From Octopus sinensis (Eukaryota): 64,000 nt of DNA. Shown piece after piece: positions 1 to 12,595 of this stretch (the first letter of the stretch is position 1; each line of letters begins with the position of its first letter). The notes below the pieces were generated by a model that was not told the origin of the DNA, made no database searches, and saw nothing but the letters and a program-made list of their open reading frames with translations. A program made the position numbers and the translations under genes. The stretch covers positions 72,540,001 to 72,604,000 of the forward strand of contig NC_043008.1 of NCBI RefSeq assembly GCF_006345805.1. The letters are read 5' to 3'.

Positions 1-517
1 AATCACCAGCCACAAAGAGAAGGTCCCTGTCGTTCGTCGATGAGGTGGTCTGCAGTAAGGTGTCATAGAAACTGTCTTTCTGTCCATCGGGTAGCCCTGG
101 CTGAGGGGCATAGGCCGATATAATGGTTGCTAATCTATTATGAAGCACTATTCTAATCTTAAGTATTCTGTCACTTACTCTGATTACCTCAATTACTCTA
201 TCTATCCATTTCTCAGCGATAAGTATACCCACGCCACCAACCCCGTCAGTGTTCCCTGCCCAGAAAATCTTGTACCTGTGTTCCTTGCCTGTGAGGACCC
301 TAGCAGATCCTCCTCTCCACCTTATTTCTTGCATACAACATACATCAACACGTCTCCGTTCAAGCATCTCGACTATCTCGCCAGACCTACCTTTCAATGT
401 GCCAACGTTGAGGGTGCCCACCCTGAGGGTGTGGGAGGTGTGGGCCTCTGAGACCCTGGGATGAGGGACAGCAGTGTTATGTACCTGAAAAGAAAGCTTG
501 CATTTGCCAGATATCAT
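1..517 (-). CDS. RTE-clade LINE ORF, N-terminal apurinic endonuclease domain; open frame running off the left window edge
   Basis: Hand translation from ATG at 517 gives MISGKCKLSFQVHNT...LRVGTLNVGTLKGRSGEIVEMLERRRVDVCCMQEIRWRG...IISAYAPQ...LFVAGD with no stop. TLNV, QE and YAPQ are APE endonuclease motifs. An equivalent in-frame ATG is present in the older copy near 30076. Confidence 0.9.
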   Translation of the reverse strand, partial: MISGKCKLSFQVHNTAVPHPRVSEAHTSHTLRVGTLNVGTLKGRSGEIVEMLERRRVDVCCMQEIRWRGGSARVLTGKEHRYKIFWAGNTDGVGGVGILIAEKWIDRVIEVIRVSDRILKIRIVLHNRLATIISAYAPQPGLPDGQKDSFYDTLLQTTSSTNDRDLLFVAGD

Positions 518-670
518 ACTGAGACTCTAGACTACAACCTGCATAAATTTCACAGTTTTTGCGCTATATTATCACAATAAACCCTACATAGGGGTGCGGG
601 GGGGGGTCAAGAAAGATAGAAAACAGAAACTTCCGGTTCTGGTGGATGGGTGGGAGGGCGGGGTCACCTC
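518..670 (-). mobile_element. 5' UTR of the RTE element
   Basis: Reverse complement aligns by eye with 29878-30075, upstream of the second RTE endonuclease copy (shared gccc-tcccac...ccacc..ac(c/t)ggaagt and tatgcaggttg blocks). Confidence 0.6.
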
Positions 671-1592
671 GAAGGAACAACAGGTTCTAAGTTAATACGT
701 AGGGAATTTTCTGCAACAGAAATTACTGAACATCTAGGAACTTCGGGGTTCGAGAAGAACGTAATATAAATAAGAGAGAGAGAAAAAATTTCGTAGGGAA
801 TTTAGGGTATCTTTGGGGAAAGGAGTAACGACGAAGGAACAACAGGTTTTAAGTTAATACGTAGGGAATTTTCTGCAACAGAAATTACTGAACATCTAGG
901 AACTTCGGGGTTCGAGAAGAACGTAATATAAATAAGAGAGAGAGAAAAAATTTCGTAGGGAATTTAGGGTATCTTTGGGGAAAGGAATAACGACGAAGGA
1001 ACAACAGGTTTTAAGTTAATACGTAGGGAATTTTCTGCAACAGAAATTACTGAACATCTAGGATCTTCGGGGTTCGAGAAGAACGTAATATAAATAGAGA
1101 GAGAGAGAAAAAATTTCGTAGGGAATTTAGGGTATCTTGGGGAAAGGAGTAACGACGAAGGAACAACAGGTTTTAAGTTAATACGTAGGGAATTTTCTGC
1201 AACAGAAATTACTGAACATCTAGGAACTTCGGGGTTCGAGAAGAACGTAATATAAATAGAGAGAGAGAAAAAATTTCGTAGGGAATTTAGGGTATCTTTG
1301 GGGAAAGGAATAACGACGAAGGAACAACAGGTTTTAAGTTAATACGTAGGGAATTTTCTGCAACAGAAATTACTGAACATCTAGGATCTTCGGGGTTCGA
1401 GAAGAACGTATATAAATAAGAGAGAGAGAAAAATTTCGTAGGGAATTTAGGTATCTTTGGGGAAAGGAATAACGACGAAGGAACAACAGGTTTTAAGTTA
1501 ATACGTAGGGAATTTTCTGCGACAGAAATTACTGAACATCTAGAAACTTCGGGGTTCGAGTAAAACATAATATAAATAGGAGAGAGAGAGAA
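670..1592. repeat. Tandem array of ~162-bp monomers, about 5.7 near-identical copies
   Basis: The motif gaaggaacaacagg recurs at 671, 833, 995, 1157, 1318 and 1477. Units are CpG-rich. Confidence 0.97.
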
Positions 1593-1672
1593 TATTGTAT
1601 GGAATAACAACGGGATGACACTGAAATTAAAGGAGGAATTTAAAATGCATGACAGACAGGAAGCCATGCATA

Positions 1673-1682
1673 CAAGATGGCG
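1673..1682. promoter_or_regulatory. YY1-type motif CAAGATGGCG
   Basis: Matches the YY1 consensus CGCCATNTT on the minus strand and lies upstream of the monomer array relative to the RTE. Function is inferred only. Confidence 0.3.
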
Positions 1683-1756
1683 AAATAGATAATAGAGAAA
1701 CGGGATTTAGAGTTACGAATCAACGCTTAAAAAAATGAATATGAATGACAGGTTGT

Positions 1757-1762
1757 AAATAT

Positions 1763-1829
<67 letters not shown>

Positions 1830-2400
1830 ATATATATATATGTATCAAAATAAGCAACAGGATATCAAGAAGTGATGCAGTACTACTGTTTCAAGCAGCT
1901 CCATACAATCATGACATCAATTTAAATGCAGGGCTATCATCAGCTGCACAAATAAACAGAATTTTAATCAGTTGGACACATTAATATAATTTTTCTCAAA
2001 TACTTTATCAGAGTAAGACGATAGAAGAAATCCATGTTGTTGCTATTGTAGCTAAGAATAGACTACACTTCTAAGAAAAGCATGAAGCTATGTATCTATA
2101 TAAATGCACATATAGATGAATGTGTATATATGTATATCATCGCCAACATCGTTTAAAGTCCATCTTCCATGTATGTATATATGTGTGTGTGTGTGTGTAT
2201 ATATATATATGTATATATATACATATATATGCATATATATGCATATATATATATATATATATATAATATATATATTATATATATACACATACATACATAT
2301 ATATATACACACATATATATACACATATATATATATAAGCATATATATATATATATACACATACATATATATATGTGTATGTATGCATGTGTATATATAT
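1757..2400. repeat. Compound (AT)n/(GT)n microsatellite arrays enclosing a ~250-bp unique insert (1843-2090)
   Basis: Direct reading of the sequence. Confidence 0.95.
1875..1949 (-). ncRNA. Type I hammerhead ribozyme candidate (minimal stem III)
   Basis: Minus strand reads gtgcag-CTGATGA-t-agc...gctt-GAAAC-agta-GTA-ctgcat. Core is intact, stem I has 5 bp plus G.U, stem III is AC/GT, the cleavage triplet is GUA; stem II is weak with a long loop. Confidence 0.55.
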
Positions 2401-4230
2401 GACTCAAATGAAACACCAGTTACCTGAATAGACAGTATCCTAGTAATGAAAGCAATTAAGGACATGGAGACAGGGAAAGCACCTGGCCCATCAAAAATCA
2501 CCACTGAGATACTTAAAATATTGGGCACTGTGGATTATGGTCTTGTCACCCACATTGTAAATCAGTTAGTTCATGAAGGAGTCATATACAATGACTGCTG
2601 TAGCACCACCATAGTTAACTGCTACAAATGTAAAGGTAATGCTTTAGATAGAAATAACTACAGGGGTATCAAATTATTTGATATGTTGATGAAAGTAACA
2701 GAGAAGGACAGAGCCCAACTAATTTGGGAGAGAGTTAGCCTAGATAAGATGCAATTTGGTTTTGTGCCAGGAAAAAAGCAACACTGCTGCTATATTTTTG
2801 GTAAGGCAACTTCAAGAAAAATATCTAGTCAAAGGTAAACATCTGTACTTGGCTTTTGTTGACTTAGAGAAAGCCTGTGACACGGTTTCCCGATACATTA
2901 TATGGTGGTCAATGCAGAAACTGGGGATAGATGATTGGTTGGTAAGAGCTGTACAAGCCCTGTACAGGGATGCTGTTAGTAAGGTGAAGGTTGGCAACGA
3001 GTATAGTGAAGAATTCTGGGTAGAAGTAAGAGCTCTCCAAGGATCAGTCCTCTCTTATTCATTATATTCCTCCAAGCAATCAGAGGAATTCAAGACAGGA
3101 TACCCCTGGGAGCTCGTCTATGCTGATGACTGCTCTAATTGCTGAGTTACTGCCAGAACTAGAGAAGAAGTTTAGGGTGTGTAAGTAAGGCCTAGAATCG
3201 AAGGCCTTAGCAAAACCTAAAGTCTTAGTAAGTAGGAAGGCTGACAAATCACAAGTTCCTTCAGGTAGATGACTTTGCTCGATCTGTAGAAAAGGTGTTG
3301 TGGGTAGAAACTCATTGCAATGTAGACAGTGTAAGCTATGGACGCATAAAAGGTGCAGCAATATCAAAGAGAGACAACTGTGCTCGTATGGTCATGTGTT
3401 ACATATGGATGAGGATAGTTGTGTGATGAAGTGCCACTCCCTGAATGTGGAAGGAAATTGTGGAAAAGGTAAATCCAGGAAGACATGGGATGAGATGGTG
3501 AAGCATGACCTTCGAACATTGGGCCTCACAGAGGCAATGGCAGAAGACCGAGACCTTTGGAGTTATGCTGTAATTGAGAAGACCTGGCTACTAAAGTGTG
3601 ATGGCAGCCATGACCAATGCCATTGTTGCATGTCCGGCCCATTTAAGAGTACCTTTGATGCATCAGGCAATATGCTATATTTGAGAAGACCTGTTGAGTC
3701 AAGTGAAACCAAAATTGTAGCTGTGGCCAGTGGTATGTAAAATTCATCATCCAAGCATGATCAATGCCAGTGTTCCTGAATAGCTCTCATGCTGGTGGCA
3801 CATAAAAAACACCATCCGAATGTGGCCAATACCAGTACTCACTGACTGTGCTGGTGACACATAAAAAGCAATATTTGAACGTGATTAATGCCAGGTCTGC
3901 CTGACTGGAACCTGTGCTGAACATGGCCAATGCCATTACTCCTGACTGGCCCCCATGCTGGTGGCATGTAAAATACACAATCCGAACATGATTGATGCCA
4001 GGCTTTCCTGACTGGCTCCTGTGGTGGTGGCACATAAAAGGCACCTGCTACAGCCTTGGAGTGGTTGGTTTTAGGCAGGAAATCCAGGTGTAGAAACATT
4101 TCCAGATCAGATTGGAGCCTCATGCAGCCACTAGCTCTCAAGACTTCAGCTGTAGAAAATTTGCTAGATCAGATTGGAGCCTGGTGCAGCCTTCTGGCTC
4201 GACAGTCTTCAGTCAAACCATCAAACCCAT
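2400..4230 (+). mobile_element. 5'-truncated, frameshifted RTE LINE (RT domain, partial PHD finger, internal deletion, repeat-rich 3' UTR)
   Basis: ORFs 2446-2838 (KAPGPS, YKCKG..DRNNYRGI), 2756-3145 (AFVDLEKA, YADD) and 3300-3740 (GHVLHM..RKTWDE) are typical RTE RT segments. Confidence 0.92.
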
Positions 4231-4239
4231 ATGAAATAC

Positions 4240-4264
4240 ATAAATATTTGTATATATATATGTT

Positions 4265-4312
<48 letters not shown>

Positions 4313-5033
4313 CGTATATATGTATGTATATGTATATATATCTGTATATATATATGTATATGCATATATATGTATATACATTTATATATACATATGTATA
4401 ATTTATGAATAAAGGCAAAAGAAAAATTATATGAATATATTTTATATATATGAATATATATATGTATATGTAGAAATGTATATATATGTGTATGTATATA
4501 TATATATGTGTGTGTTTATACATATATATTATATTTAGATATATATGTATATATAAATGCGTGTATATGTATATATATATATACATATATATAATATATA
4601 TATATATAATATATATATTATATATATTATATATATTATGTATGTATGTATGTATGTATATATGTAGTTCTAATATAGGATAACAGTTTTCAAAAATTTC
4701 ATCAAGTGGCCAGCATATTAAAATACATTTTAAGGTGAAAATTATAAACAAAATATAAATAAGGGTAAAATAAAAAACAATTTCTATGCCGACATGCTTA
4801 GAAATTGACTTTAAATCATCAATCACTACATACAATATACATCACTATAAATACACATTGTGCAGAATTGAGAAGAGAGCAAGTTAACAGAATTCTTTGA
4901 AAAATGCCTTATCTCTGTATTGATTATTTTTCGAATTAATCCGATTTCAAGTCTATTTCTCAGCATATTGGCACAGAATTTTTTTCTTTTCCCTTATTTA
5001 TAAATTATATGTATATATATGAATGTATATAGA

Positions 5034-5086
<53 letters not shown>

Positions 5087-5326
5087 TATGTATGTATGTA
5101 TATATAGATATGTTTATATATATATGTATGTGTATATATATGCAGATATATATATGTGTATATATATATGAAGATATATATATATAAATATATGTATATA
5201 TATATATTTATATATGTATATGTATATATATATATATTTATATATGTATATGTATATATATGCATATATGTATATATGTATATATATATATCTATGTGTA
5301 TATGTACATATATATATATGTATATG

Positions 5327-5376
<50 letters not shown>

Positions 5377-5480
5377 TACATATATATAAATATATGTATA
5401 TATATATATATATATATATACATATATATATACATATGTATATTTATGTATGTATATATGCGTATGTATATATATGTAAG
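4240..5480. repeat. Two long degenerate (AT)n arrays (4240-4660, 5005-5480) with an AT-rich spacer
   Basis: Direct reading of the sequence. Confidence 0.95.
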
Positions 5481-5632
5481 TATTTCTGTGTTCCTTTCTG
5501 TCGAAGAGCGTAGGCTTGAATCATGAAAGGTACTCTCACTTCCTGAGTATTAAACTAATACATCTATTTGTTGTTCACACACCCTTCTTTGTCTGTTTTT
5601 TTTTTGTAAGTTCTCTCTCTCTATATATATAT

Positions 5633-6270
5633 ATATTATCCTTCTCTTCTCCACTTTTGCCCGACCCACCTTGAATACTGCTGTCCACTGTGGTCTCCCT
5701 ACACAAAACAAAATATTATGAGAATTGAAGCTCCCCAAAGGTCAATCACAAAAAACATAGATGGCATGTCAGACCTTGACTACTGGGGTAGACTAGAGAA
5801 GCTGAAACTGTATTCACTCCAACGACGCCGTGAACGCTACATTATCTGTATGATGTGGAAAATATTCCATCAGCACTGTCCGAACAATGTTGGCATCACC
5901 TTCAAAATACATCCAAGGCTTGGACCACGTGCCATCCGTCCACAACAAAACTCTAAATCGCATCACATAACGACAATACGGCACAATTATTTCACCTCAA
6001 TTGGACCCGCTCTCTTCAACATTACACCAGAACACGTCAAAACAGAAACTGACCACACAAAATTCAAGAAGTCTTTGGACAAATTCCTTCAAACAGTCCC
6101 GGACAAACCATCCACACCTAGATATGTCTCCACAAACAATAACTCTCTGTTCGAATGGGCCTCGGTGCCCAAATCCTGAATTGAAAGACTTCGCCAGGTG
6201 GTGCTATTAAGTTAGACATGGCCTGGGCCAATACTGGCCAAAACCTTTTTAAGTTATTCTAAGTTATATA
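5633..6270 (+). mobile_element. 5'-truncated CR1-group (L2/Crack-like) LINE 3' end inserted between (AT)n arrays
   Basis: Open frame ...RPTLEYCCPLWSP...DYWGRLEKLKLYSLQRRRERY...GPALFN...FKKSLDKFLQTVPDKP to the stop at 6179, then a short 3' UTR ending in taagttattctaagtta. Confidence 0.85.
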
Positions 6271-6280
6271 TACAAGTATG

Positions 6281-6333
<53 letters not shown>

Positions 6334-6662
6334 CCTGTTTTTGTTACCATTTTTACCCCTCTGCAAAAAGATCTCAAATTTTATTTGATTTGCTTTTCGC
6401 TGGAAGGAAAGTTTCTATTGAAAATACTTCTCGCCTTCACCTTCGAAACGTAGAGTAGATGAAACCATGGCGACTGAAGAAGGGGTTTTTTCCTTGTGTT
6501 ATTTGTCCTGTACTCTATTTTTTTTTGTTTTTTAAGAAAAATGTCCAGTTCCTTGGGTTTGTGTCTATGTTTTCGTTTCTCATTGTGTTCGACGTTTTTT
6601 TGGTGTCCTGTAATCATACATGCGTGTATATATACATGTAGAGGTAGGTACGTACATATATG

Positions 6663-6696
<34 letters not shown>

Positions 6697-6703
6697 TATT
6701 TAT

Positions 6704-6752
<49 letters not shown>

Positions 6753-6799
6753 ACCAGCATTACGATACATATATATATATATATATAAACATATATATG

Positions 6800-7232
6800 T
6801 ATACCAGCGTCACCTTACTGGCATTTGTGTCCGTGCTAGTAGGATACCAAGAGCACCATCTGAGCATGATCATTGCCAGAGCAGCCAACTGGCTTCCGTG
6901 TCAATGGCACGTAAAAGGGTACCATTCAAGCGTGATTGTTACCAAAGTTGCCTTACTGGCACCTGTGCTGGTGGCATGTGTAAAAGGATTTGAGCGAGGT
7001 CATTGCCAGTACAGTCTGACTGGCCCTCGTGCCAGTGGCACATAAAAGGCACCCACTACACTCCCGGAGTGGTTGGCATGAGGAAGGGCATCCAGCTGTA
7101 GAAACTCTGCCAAATCAAGATTGGAGCCTGATGTAGCCATCTGGGGTCGCCAGCCCTTAGTCAAAATGGTCCAACCCATGCTAGCATGGAAAGTGGACGT
7201 TAAACGATGATGATGATGATGATGATGATGAT
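6800..7232 (+). mobile_element. RTE 3' UTR-derived / SINE-like element with (GAT)n tail
   Basis: tggcac(a/g)taaaa subrepeats, the ggttggcatgaggaagggcatccagctgtagaaac block and the acccatgctagcatggaaagtggacgttaaac(GAT)n terminus are shared with many copies in the window. Confidence 0.85.
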
Positions 7233-7549
7233 ATATGTATGTACATATATGCATATATACATATATATTTATATATATGTATGTACATATATGAATATAC
7301 ATATATATGTATGTAGATATATACATATGTATATATATGTGTGTGTGTGTATATATGTATGTATATGTATATAAATAGTTATATATATATATTTATATAC
7401 TTATATGTATATACATACATATATATGTATATATACATATATGTATATATAAATGCATATATATGTATATATATGTACATATATATATGTACATACATAT
7501 GTATATTATATATATATATATAAGAGCATATGCATGCATATATATACGT

Positions 7550-7608
<59 letters not shown>

Positions 7609-7715
7609 TATATATATATGTATGTACATATACATATGTATATATATATATGTATACATATACATGCATTTATATGTATATATATATATGCATGTGTGTG
7701 TATATCTCTATATAT
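7232..7715. repeat. Compound (AT)n/(GT)n microsatellite
   Basis: Direct reading of the sequence. Confidence 0.95.
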
Positions 7716-7724
7716 ACATCTACT

Positions 7725-7880
7725 GCAATAGTTTGCGATTCAAGTGCCCCTGCTATTTAACTCCTTGCCAAAATATTTGCAGGTGCTCCATGTAGTGGCA
7801 ATAGATGTTTTCCTGAAACAACTTGACCTCTTACTATCCAATATCCCAAATGAACCAATATGATGACAGGAAACTCAAAA
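7725..7880 (+). mobile_element. Degraded CR1-group LINE 3' remnant
   Basis: gcccctgctatttaactccttgccaaaatattt...cttgacctcttactatccaatatcccaaatgaacc resembles the P.LFNSLP...LD.FL..IPDEP terminus, as seen at 6000-6120. Confidence 0.5.
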
Positions 7881-9865
7881 TAGACCAGCAAAAGACGTAT
7901 ATAAGAAGATAGCTATAATGTAATGAGAAGGGATGGAAATTTGGTTAATACTAGGGATGAAATATTTTCTCATATAAACACATGGCCAAATTCCTATTCT
8001 GCAACCTAAAATAATACTTCACTCACTTTTTGCTTAGTTTGCTATTTCTCTAAAAAATTACATCTGTATTTTACTCTTTACTTTGGAATATAATTACTCA
8101 TCCCATACTTTTACATTACTATAGCATATACTATCTTTTTACATTGTTTCTTTATCATTTCCTTCTTACAATTGCATCCATTTTACATTACAATATCTTA
8201 CATTATCTTTGTTCATTTTTTTCATAAACATTTCTTTATCACAGTAGCATGACCCACCATATACAGGGCCATTACTTTATCTAACTCTCCCAACACTTTT
8301 TTGTCTCCATAGGTTTGGATAACGGAAATTATATTTTTACTTAGTATATAATGTATATATATAATTTTTGCATTCAATTTTATTTACATAATGTGTCTAT
8401 GTACTCCCCTCTTTTTGCTCTTCTCTTTCCCCCATCTCAAAATATCCATTCCAACTATTACTGTTTTTGTTATTATACCTTATAAATATGTATATTTTAC
8501 TGCTCATATAAGCACCCATGTATGCAAATATAGTTCTTCTTGGTGTCTCACATGTCTACACCCATGTATGCACATCTAGGTATGGATCTTATATGTTATA
8601 TTTGTGTGTCAATCATTAGATATGTGTTTGATTTTTATATGTAGTTAATAACATGTATATTAATATGAACGTGTGTATCTGCATATCTATGTATGTTTCA
8701 CATACATATATATACAATTTATTATGTGTGTGTATTTATATCTATATGTGTGTTGCCCCTTCTCTCCCTGTACCAGTTTGGGCATATTTCTACTGTGTAT
8801 AAACATTTTATATGCATACCTTAATCGTATACCTACAAGAATTCCTGTATCTATTCATACTAATGTACAAATATGCCTCTACACACTTATGAGTATATAT
8901 ACATACACTCTTCTCCTTATTAGATTATATTTTTCCAATATTATGTGTAAACTTATTGTACACTTATGCGCACCCATGTACTCATACTTTTTTATATTCT
9001 TACTAGCACTACACTCGTACAGCTTGAATACTACTACAACTTTGCTACCATTACATATCCTTCTCACATAATACTAAGCTAGATTATTGCCTCTAACATA
9101 ATCTTTTTTTATATATACTAAAACACACCTACTGTATAACTTAACACAGCAATATCATTAGCTTTCTTTCTTTTTTTTTTTTTTGCTCTTCTCCTCGTCT
9201 ACTCATTTATCTCCCCTAAATTTATTAATTTATTTATTTAAATAAACCTGTCTTTATTCCCAATTGCAATTCAACTTTTATATCTTTATAGACACAGCAA
9301 GTTCAAACACTATTTTAATTGTTATTTTTACTTACTTCTTTCTGCTTTATCATTAATAAGTATTACCTAATATGATCTTTTATGCAAACATGAATCCCTT
9401 ATGTACATCATATTCTATCTTTAACTCATTCTTATCCCTCTATTTCTCCTACTATTTGCTTACATTAACTATCTAGTATTGACTTCTTGTATACCATCTC
9501 TCCATGTTAAACTTCATTCTGATGTATAGAAATTTTTAAAAAATACATTATACTATGTAATGATTTCAACGATTATTTCATCTTCTAATTCAAACCTTGG
9601 AGTTTCGTTCCACTGGACATTTCTAATACATATTTGCCCTATGCAACTTATTTGGAGTTTAAATTTATAATTTCCCTACTCATCTATAGAGGGAATGTCT
9701 ATGATACCTCTTTACTAATATCTTCAAACATCTGTTGTTGCCGTTAATTATGGTTACATATCTAACATGACTCACATCTCTTTCTCGCATGGATAAAAAT
9801 ATGAATCTCCTAGATGCAATTTGTCTGCTATATTCCTTCTCAAGTTCTTTGTATTAAGGATTTTA

Positions 9866-9973
9866 CTTCCTTCGCTGATGAGTATGTTGATATGTAATTA
9901 GTATAATTTAATTCAATCATGAATTTACATTATTATTATCATATATCTGTATGAAATGAACATCTGCAGGAAT
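9866..9973 (+). ncRNA. Degenerate type I hammerhead-like motif
   Basis: CTGATGA at 9875-9881 and GAAAT-GAAC-ATC at 9953-9964. Stem I is ttccttcg/tgcaggaa with one mismatch; a long AT-rich stem II is possible. Confidence 0.45.
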
Positions 9974-10202
9974 TAAAATTCTTATATATATTAACAACTT
10001 GTCTCCTCCATTTTTAACTAAATTGATGGGTTTTATGGGACTTCATTCCGTAAATTCACCACATTATTATATAGAAGTACTACTTTCATATCTTCGCAAA
10101 TTTATGCCTGTAAACAACCAGCAAAGTATGAAGAATCAACATAATAAATCTTTTTTGGAAACCTCCAAATTAATGGAGAAATCCACATTCAACCTTTATA
10201 CA

Positions 10203-10973
10203 CATAGTGCATACTCGACAGAGTGTAAGTACCTTGAGAGAAAAGTTGGACCTAAGAAGCATCAGATGTGGTGTGCAAGAGGGACGACTGCACTGGTATG
10301 GTCATGTGGCGAGAATAGATGAGGATAGCTGTGTGAAAAAGTGCCACACCCTAGCAGTTGAGGAAACCCAGAAAGACCTGGGATGAGGTGGTGAAGCATA
10401 ACCTTCAAGCAGTGACAGAGACCTTTGGAAATATGTTGTGCTTGAGAAGACTCGGCAAGCCAAGTGAGACTATAACCTCGTGGCCTATGCCAGGGGTGTA
10501 ACCAGCCCACTTATGCATACCTTTCCTTCATTGGACACTAAACTATGCTTGCGAAAACCTGTTGAGGCAAGTGGAATCGAAATCAAATTCGATGACTGGC
10601 ATCCGTGCTAATGGAGCGCTAAGAGCACCATCCGAGCATGATCGTTGCCAGATCAGCAAACTGGCTTCTGTGCCAGTGGCACATAAAAAACACACCATTT
10701 GAGTGTGATCATTAACAGCGTTGCCTTGCTGGCACATAAAAAACACCATTTGAGCATGGCCGTTGCCAGTACTGCTTGACTGGCCCTCGTGCTAGCAGCA
10801 CATAAAAGCACCCACTACACTCTCAGAGTGGTTGGCATTAGGAAGAGTATAAAGCTGTAGAAACTCTGCCAGACCAGATTGGAGCCTGGTGCAGCCATCT
10901 GGTTTGCCAGTCCTCAGTCAAATTGTCCAACCCATGCTAGCATGGAAAGCGGACATTAAATGATGATGATGAT
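10203..10973 (+). mobile_element. RTE LINE 3' fragment with 3' UTR repeats and (GAT)n tail
   Basis: Frameshifted LREKLDLRSIRCGVQ..WYGHVAR..KTWDEVVKH segment followed by the shared 3' UTR. Confidence 0.88.
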
Positions 10974-11020
10974 TATATATATGTGTATATGTATATATAT
11001 ATGTGTGTGTGTGTATATGC

Positions 11021-11077
<57 letters not shown>

Positions 11078-11169
11078 GATCATATATATATATATGAATG
11101 TATATATATGTACGTACACATATATGTATTTATATATATATGTACATATGCATATATATGTACATATAT

Positions 11170-11544
11170 TGTCTATTATTCTTCTATTCGTTTCAGTAAT
11201 TTGATTGCAGCCATGCTGGAGCACCATCTTCAGTTGAGCAAATCAACCCCAGGTCTTATTCTTTGTAAGCCTTGTAATTATTCTATCAGTCTTTTTGCTG
11301 AACCACTAAGTTGCAAGGATGTAAACATACCGGTATCAGTTGTCAAACAATGTTGGGGGGGACAAACACAGACACACAAACATACACACACACAGTCATA
11401 TATATGTATAAATATATATATTATATATATATATATGTATATATATATATTATATATATATATACATATATATATATATACATATATATACATATATATA
11501 TATATATGTATATACATATATATGCATATATATGTATATATGTA

Positions 11545-11602
<58 letters not shown>

Positions 11603-11604
11603 CA

Positions 11605-11653
<49 letters not shown>

Positions 11654-11815
11654 GTATATATATATATATATATATATACTTATATATGTATATATGTTTC
11701 TGTCTATGAAATCCACTCACAAGGCACTTGCCCATGGTGACATGCAGTGGAACTGAACCCAGAACCATGTGGTTTGTAAGCAAGCTACATACCACACACC
11801 CACTTCTGCGCCTAT
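11170..11815 (-). mobile_element. tRNA-derived SINE with internal (AT)n expansion
   Basis: Head at 11690-11815 is the reverse complement of the head at 33245 (A/B-box-like tggt..gtagc, ggttcagttcca), with an internal deletion. Tail at 11170-11395 is the reverse complement of 33560-33757. Confidence 0.85.
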
Positions 11816-11879
11816 GTATGTATGTATATATATATATATACACACACACACAAATATATATGTATGTAGAATACAGGAC

Positions 11880-12237
11880 CTGGCACCAGTCCTGCTTCTC
11901 AGTTCAAAAATTTGAGCAAAATTGACTCAAACACCAGGAACAATTTTATGCAAGCATGAAGGCACACTGTCAAAACACTGCTCCTCTATATGGTAATATT
12001 ATCTGTCATTGTGGTTTTGTGGCATGAAGCAAAGTAGGCTTAGACATCCAGTCAAGCAAACATAGTAAATAATCCACAAGCATTCAAGCAAACAGAGTTC
12101 TCAACTTCTTCCATTTGCCAAAAGGTTTGCAAGACACCAGCAGGCTTCAAGAGACTTGTTCAAGTCCATAGAAAATGATCAACAGTTTATTTTACTGATC
12201 TCTCATTTGTCGTCCATGACAAGAGAATCCATCATAT
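11880..12237 (+). mobile_element. Old RTE (BovB-like) 3' end
   Basis: Degenerate Cys/His-containing C-terminal coding remnant and terminal gtcgtccatgacaagagaatccatc next to (AT)n. Assignment is by recalled similarity. Confidence 0.4.
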
Positions 12238-12247
12238 ATACATTCAT

Positions 12248-12322
<75 letters not shown>

Positions 12323-12595
12323 TATGTATATATATATGTGTATATATATGCATATATATATATAAATTTATACATATGTCTATATATGTACATATATATG
12401 CATATATATATATATACATATATATGTATATATATATATGTATATATGTATATATATTTAAATATATACGTATATATATACATATATATGTATGTATATA
12501 TATATATATGTATTTATATGCATATATATATGTATATATATATGTATATATGTATATATATGTATAATATATATATGTACACACATATATGTATA
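12237..12595. repeat. Degenerate (AT)n array
   Basis: Direct reading of the sequence. Confidence 0.95.

Noticed and set aside
140-464. Plus-strand ORFs of 103 and 71 aa
   Set aside because: Antisense shadows of the RTE endonuclease ORF.
480-505. Splice-acceptor-like gcaagctttcttttcag at the RTE ORF start
   Set aside because: It lies inside the ORF, downstream of an in-frame ATG that is conserved in the second copy, so no splicing is needed.
670-1592. CRISPR-like array
   Set aside because: Units are fully repeated with no unique spacers, and the context is eukaryotic.
1287-1667. 126-aa ORF with an internal repeat
   Set aside because: Read-through of the 162-bp tandem array; no protein motif.
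5495-5535. gaagagcgtaggcttgaatc hammerhead-like relic
   Set aside because: Both core halves are altered and there is no stem I.
6398-6490. ccttcGAAACgtagagta ... CTGAAGA motif
   Set aside because: No arrangement (type I or II) gives a valid NUH site together with a paired stem I.
11190-11240. CTGAAGA...GAAAC on the minus strand in a SINE tail
   Set aside because: The other family copy (33710-33757) has ctaaaggc at this position, and no stems form; chance match.
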